Below the pieces are notes generated by a model, which was not told the DNA's origin, ran no database searches, and saw only the letters and a list, made by a program, of their open reading frames with translations. The translations under genes were made by a program, and so were the position numbers. A stretch of DNA of 64,000 bases from the human T2T-CHM13v2.0 reference genome, Homo sapiens. The DNA is taken from NCBI RefSeq assembly GCF_009914755.1, contig NC_060930.1; one strand, given 5' to 3'. Shown here piece by piece: positions 60,925 to 64,000 of the stretch. Positions within the stretch are counted from its first letter, which is position 1, and every line of letters begins with the position of its first letter.

Positions 60925-61070
60925 CTGCATCTAGGTTTGAGTGGTTGGTGCCACTACCATGTGGCTATGGGATGTTGGACAAAACACCTAACCTCCCTAA
61001 GTCTCAGTTTCCTATTTTGGAAGATAAGAATGGCAACATTTGCATCATATGGTAGTTGGGAGAATCAAAA
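60925..61070 (+). mobile_element. MIR
   Basis: cctaacctccctaagtctcagtttcctattttggaagataag. Confidence 0.65.
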
Positions 61071-61529
61071 GCTCTTACCCACCACACTCTCCTAATGTCT
61101 GATGTGGAAATGTCAGTCTCCACTCATGCTCCGGCTCTCTTCAGTTTGCTGGAACCTTTCTTATGGTGAGTTCATTGTACTTTTAGGATATTGGATGTCC
61201 TTGAAGACCAGAATGTCTACTGCAATACAGATCAGCTTTCATTTAGATTTTTCTTCCTAGCAGCATCTCCTGTGGTGTTAAAAGATCCTGACTTCTGCAG
61301 AAAGATGGTAGAAAGTTCCATAGCCCTTTCATAAGTATTGAGTGATAGTTTCTAACCATACCTGCTTCTTAGGTTTGAAGTGTTCCATGGAGATGCTTGG
61401 AAGATGTTAGGCCAGGGATCTCTTTGGTGTATGTTACATTTTTTCTGTAACATATAAAATAAAACCCTTAAGAATAATGTATTGAGGATATGTACATGTA
61501 TAATTAAGGTATAAAAATGCCTGTGAATT

Positions 61530-61825
<296 letters not shown>

Positions 61826-62307
61826 TGCCTGTGAATTAAAAACATGAAATATCCATAAGGTCATTTTTTTCCTCAGACAAGAAAAGATTGAGGTCTGAGA
61901 GGAATACACAGGGCTCTGGATAGTACTGGTGATATTTTAAGCCGAATGAGAACATTTCATAGTAAATTTTTCTTTAAACTGTTATATATGTCATAAATAT
62001 TGCCTAAGATTTTTAAGTTAAAAAAAAAGTCTATGGAGAGAGTTTAACCTTCTTTCAGCTTCACTTACCTGAAACAAGGTAATAGTCATGGCAGTACCTC
62101 CTTCTAAGATGTTTGTGGAGCTAAAATAAGCTATGTAAAATAATGTATGTAAAAATGACTTAAACTTATTGTTGCTGAAATACATTGTTTAAATTCACTG
62201 TCTAACAAGATAGTTTTTTCAGACGTATGAGAAGATGGAAGTAAAATATGGTCATTGTGGGAAAATCAGAAAATAAGGAAAAGTTTAAAAATCATTTATA
62301 ACACACC

Positions 62308-62879
62308 TGTTGGGGTGATCAGACCCAACACCAGGTCGTGGGGGTGACGAAGTCCAGCGGAGTCAAAGGAATTAGAAAAGACAGTTTGAGAGGGAAAGTG
62401 GGTCCAGGGGGCCATCGCTAGTGTGTAGAGGCTGCGAAGGCCCCGAGCTCTGGGAGCCCAGACTATTTATTGGTGATCAAACAGGTGTTGAGAATGTGGG
62501 GGTCAAAAGGGCACCGTTGCATTAAGCACATGATTTACAGCTGTGACGGTTTAGCATATGCTCTGCTACTTGAGATAATGGAGAGCAGGTTCTTTTAACT
62601 CAAGATACAATCGATCCTGGGAGAGCAAGGAGCAAGGAGCAAGGAGCCAGCAAGTCTAGACACATTCCAGAGCCACGAGCCCTGGATTCTATCCAAGCCA
62701 CAAGGGGTTTTTATGCCCTGGGCTGAGATTATGGTGCGTCAGGGTAGCCTTCCACCCTTTAGCACAGAGCTTGGCGTTCCAAAGGCCACAAGGAGTTTTA
62801 GACCCTGGATCCCGGACATGTTCCAAGAATCTTTTACATTATGTCAGACGTACAAGCCTTGCCTCGGCGTCTCCCAATA
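62308..62879 (-). mobile_element. LTR14-type (HERV-K14 group) solo LTR
   Basis: Reverse complement tattgggagacgccgaggcaaggcttgtacgtctgacataatgtaaaag; tttatt polyA signal about 62466; perfect 6-bp TSD cacacc (62302-62307, 62880-62885). Confidence 0.82.
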
Positions 62880-63199
62880 CACACCACCAGGAACGTCTTA
62901 GTTTATTTCTCTTTAGTGTGATTTTATTTTCTTTCCTCAAAACCAGAACTAATTGATACAGTTGTTTTCTAGGACATTTTTGCATTGTAGAAGTATGACA
63001 GCAAGAACACATGCTTAAAAAGCAAAGAATGAAGTGGCTCCTCTGAGTGTTCCACCAGGTGCTCCTTGGGCAGGCGTCTCTCCCCTCTTTGTGTCCTCCC
63101 TGAATGCACCTGTTTGGTGCTTCCTGAATACTCATTGGCTGAGTGATTGACGGCCACAGGTGACAGCTTGGTTAACAGGTGCTCTGAACAAGAGAGAGA

Positions 63200-63360
63200 A
63201 GACAGAGCCTCTTGGACCCTGACCTAACCTTGAACTTGCTTTGTGACCTTAGGAAAGCTTATTCACCTCATTAGCCTACCTTTCCTCATCTGTGAGCCAG
63301 AGCACTAAACATTTATGTTTAGAGCTAAACAGATGTCTGTTTTAGCTCTAAATTAACTAT
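63200..63360 (+). mobile_element. MIR relic
   Basis: cttgctttgtgaccttaggaaagcttattcacctc...tttcctcatctgtga. Confidence 0.65.
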
Positions 63361-64000
63361 TAATACTAATAACTACTAGATACACCAAGGGTATTTAGTT
63401 GAGAGTGAGTGAAAAGAAGTGATGAGGAAAAATGTGAATTTCACAAGTTTTCAAAGTGATTTGCAACCTCAATGAATAGTGCATGTGATTGAACATACTT
63501 TCCAGTAGAATTTTTACTCAGGAGTTTGCAGCTATGATGAGTGGAAAAGAATAGAAGTTAGAGTCATAGGGGGTACTATTCCACAGGATTTTGAGGCAGA
63601 TGAATGCCTGAATATGGTCAAAAGATGAAAGTATTAACTGTTGGGTTTCCTCCAGACCGTAATTATAATGTAGCTCTTCAGCATTGTTTTATCTTGCTTT
63701 AATGGAAGAATCTTGCTGCCACTTAATAGATGAGAAGCATGGAATGGTAGTTTCGCATTCATATCAGATTTGGTGTGGAGTTCTCTTTTTCCTAATTCAG
63801 GCCTGGCTAATAATATAAACTCTATCCAATAAGAAGATATATTATTTTCTGACAAAAAAGTTTGGAAAATACAGGAAGGAATGTGTAACTGTGTTTCCTG
63901 GTACATGTCCTAAGGAAGCTGGGACTAGAAGGTCACCCCCCAGCACATGCAGGTTCAGAACTGGTTAGAGGCACGGCGGTCCCCAGATTCCAGGGCTTTG

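Overview
Primate (human-like) non-coding, repeat-dense DNA. No protein-coding gene or coding exon can be supported; the longest ORFs in the track derive from SVA VNTR, Alu, Tigger1 or MaLR sequence. Antisense bias of SVA/LTR/L1 elements and an apparent G+T-rich + strand suggest an intron of a gene transcribed on + (inference; gene not identified). Contents: about 35 Alus, a full-length old SVA (A/B-type) inserted in an Alu tail, solo LTRs (LTR7, MER11, LTR14-type, MLT2A, THE1, MLT1s), an MSTA element with internal sequence, Tigger1, MER30, MER46C, MER5A, MamSINE1, and L1M/L2/MIR relics. The standout is a chimeric retrocopy at 60370-60734: a 5'-mature, 3'-trailer-retaining pre-tRNA-Val(AAC) fused to a 5'-truncated AluSp inside one imperfect target-site duplication. 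Also notable: a 102-bp gene-conversion tract between two inverted old Alus, a multi-level nested TE stack, an Alu-Alu deletion junction and a recurrent set of fold-back palindromes. Family calls come from my recall of consensus sequences, not a database search; boundaries of ancient repeats are approximate.
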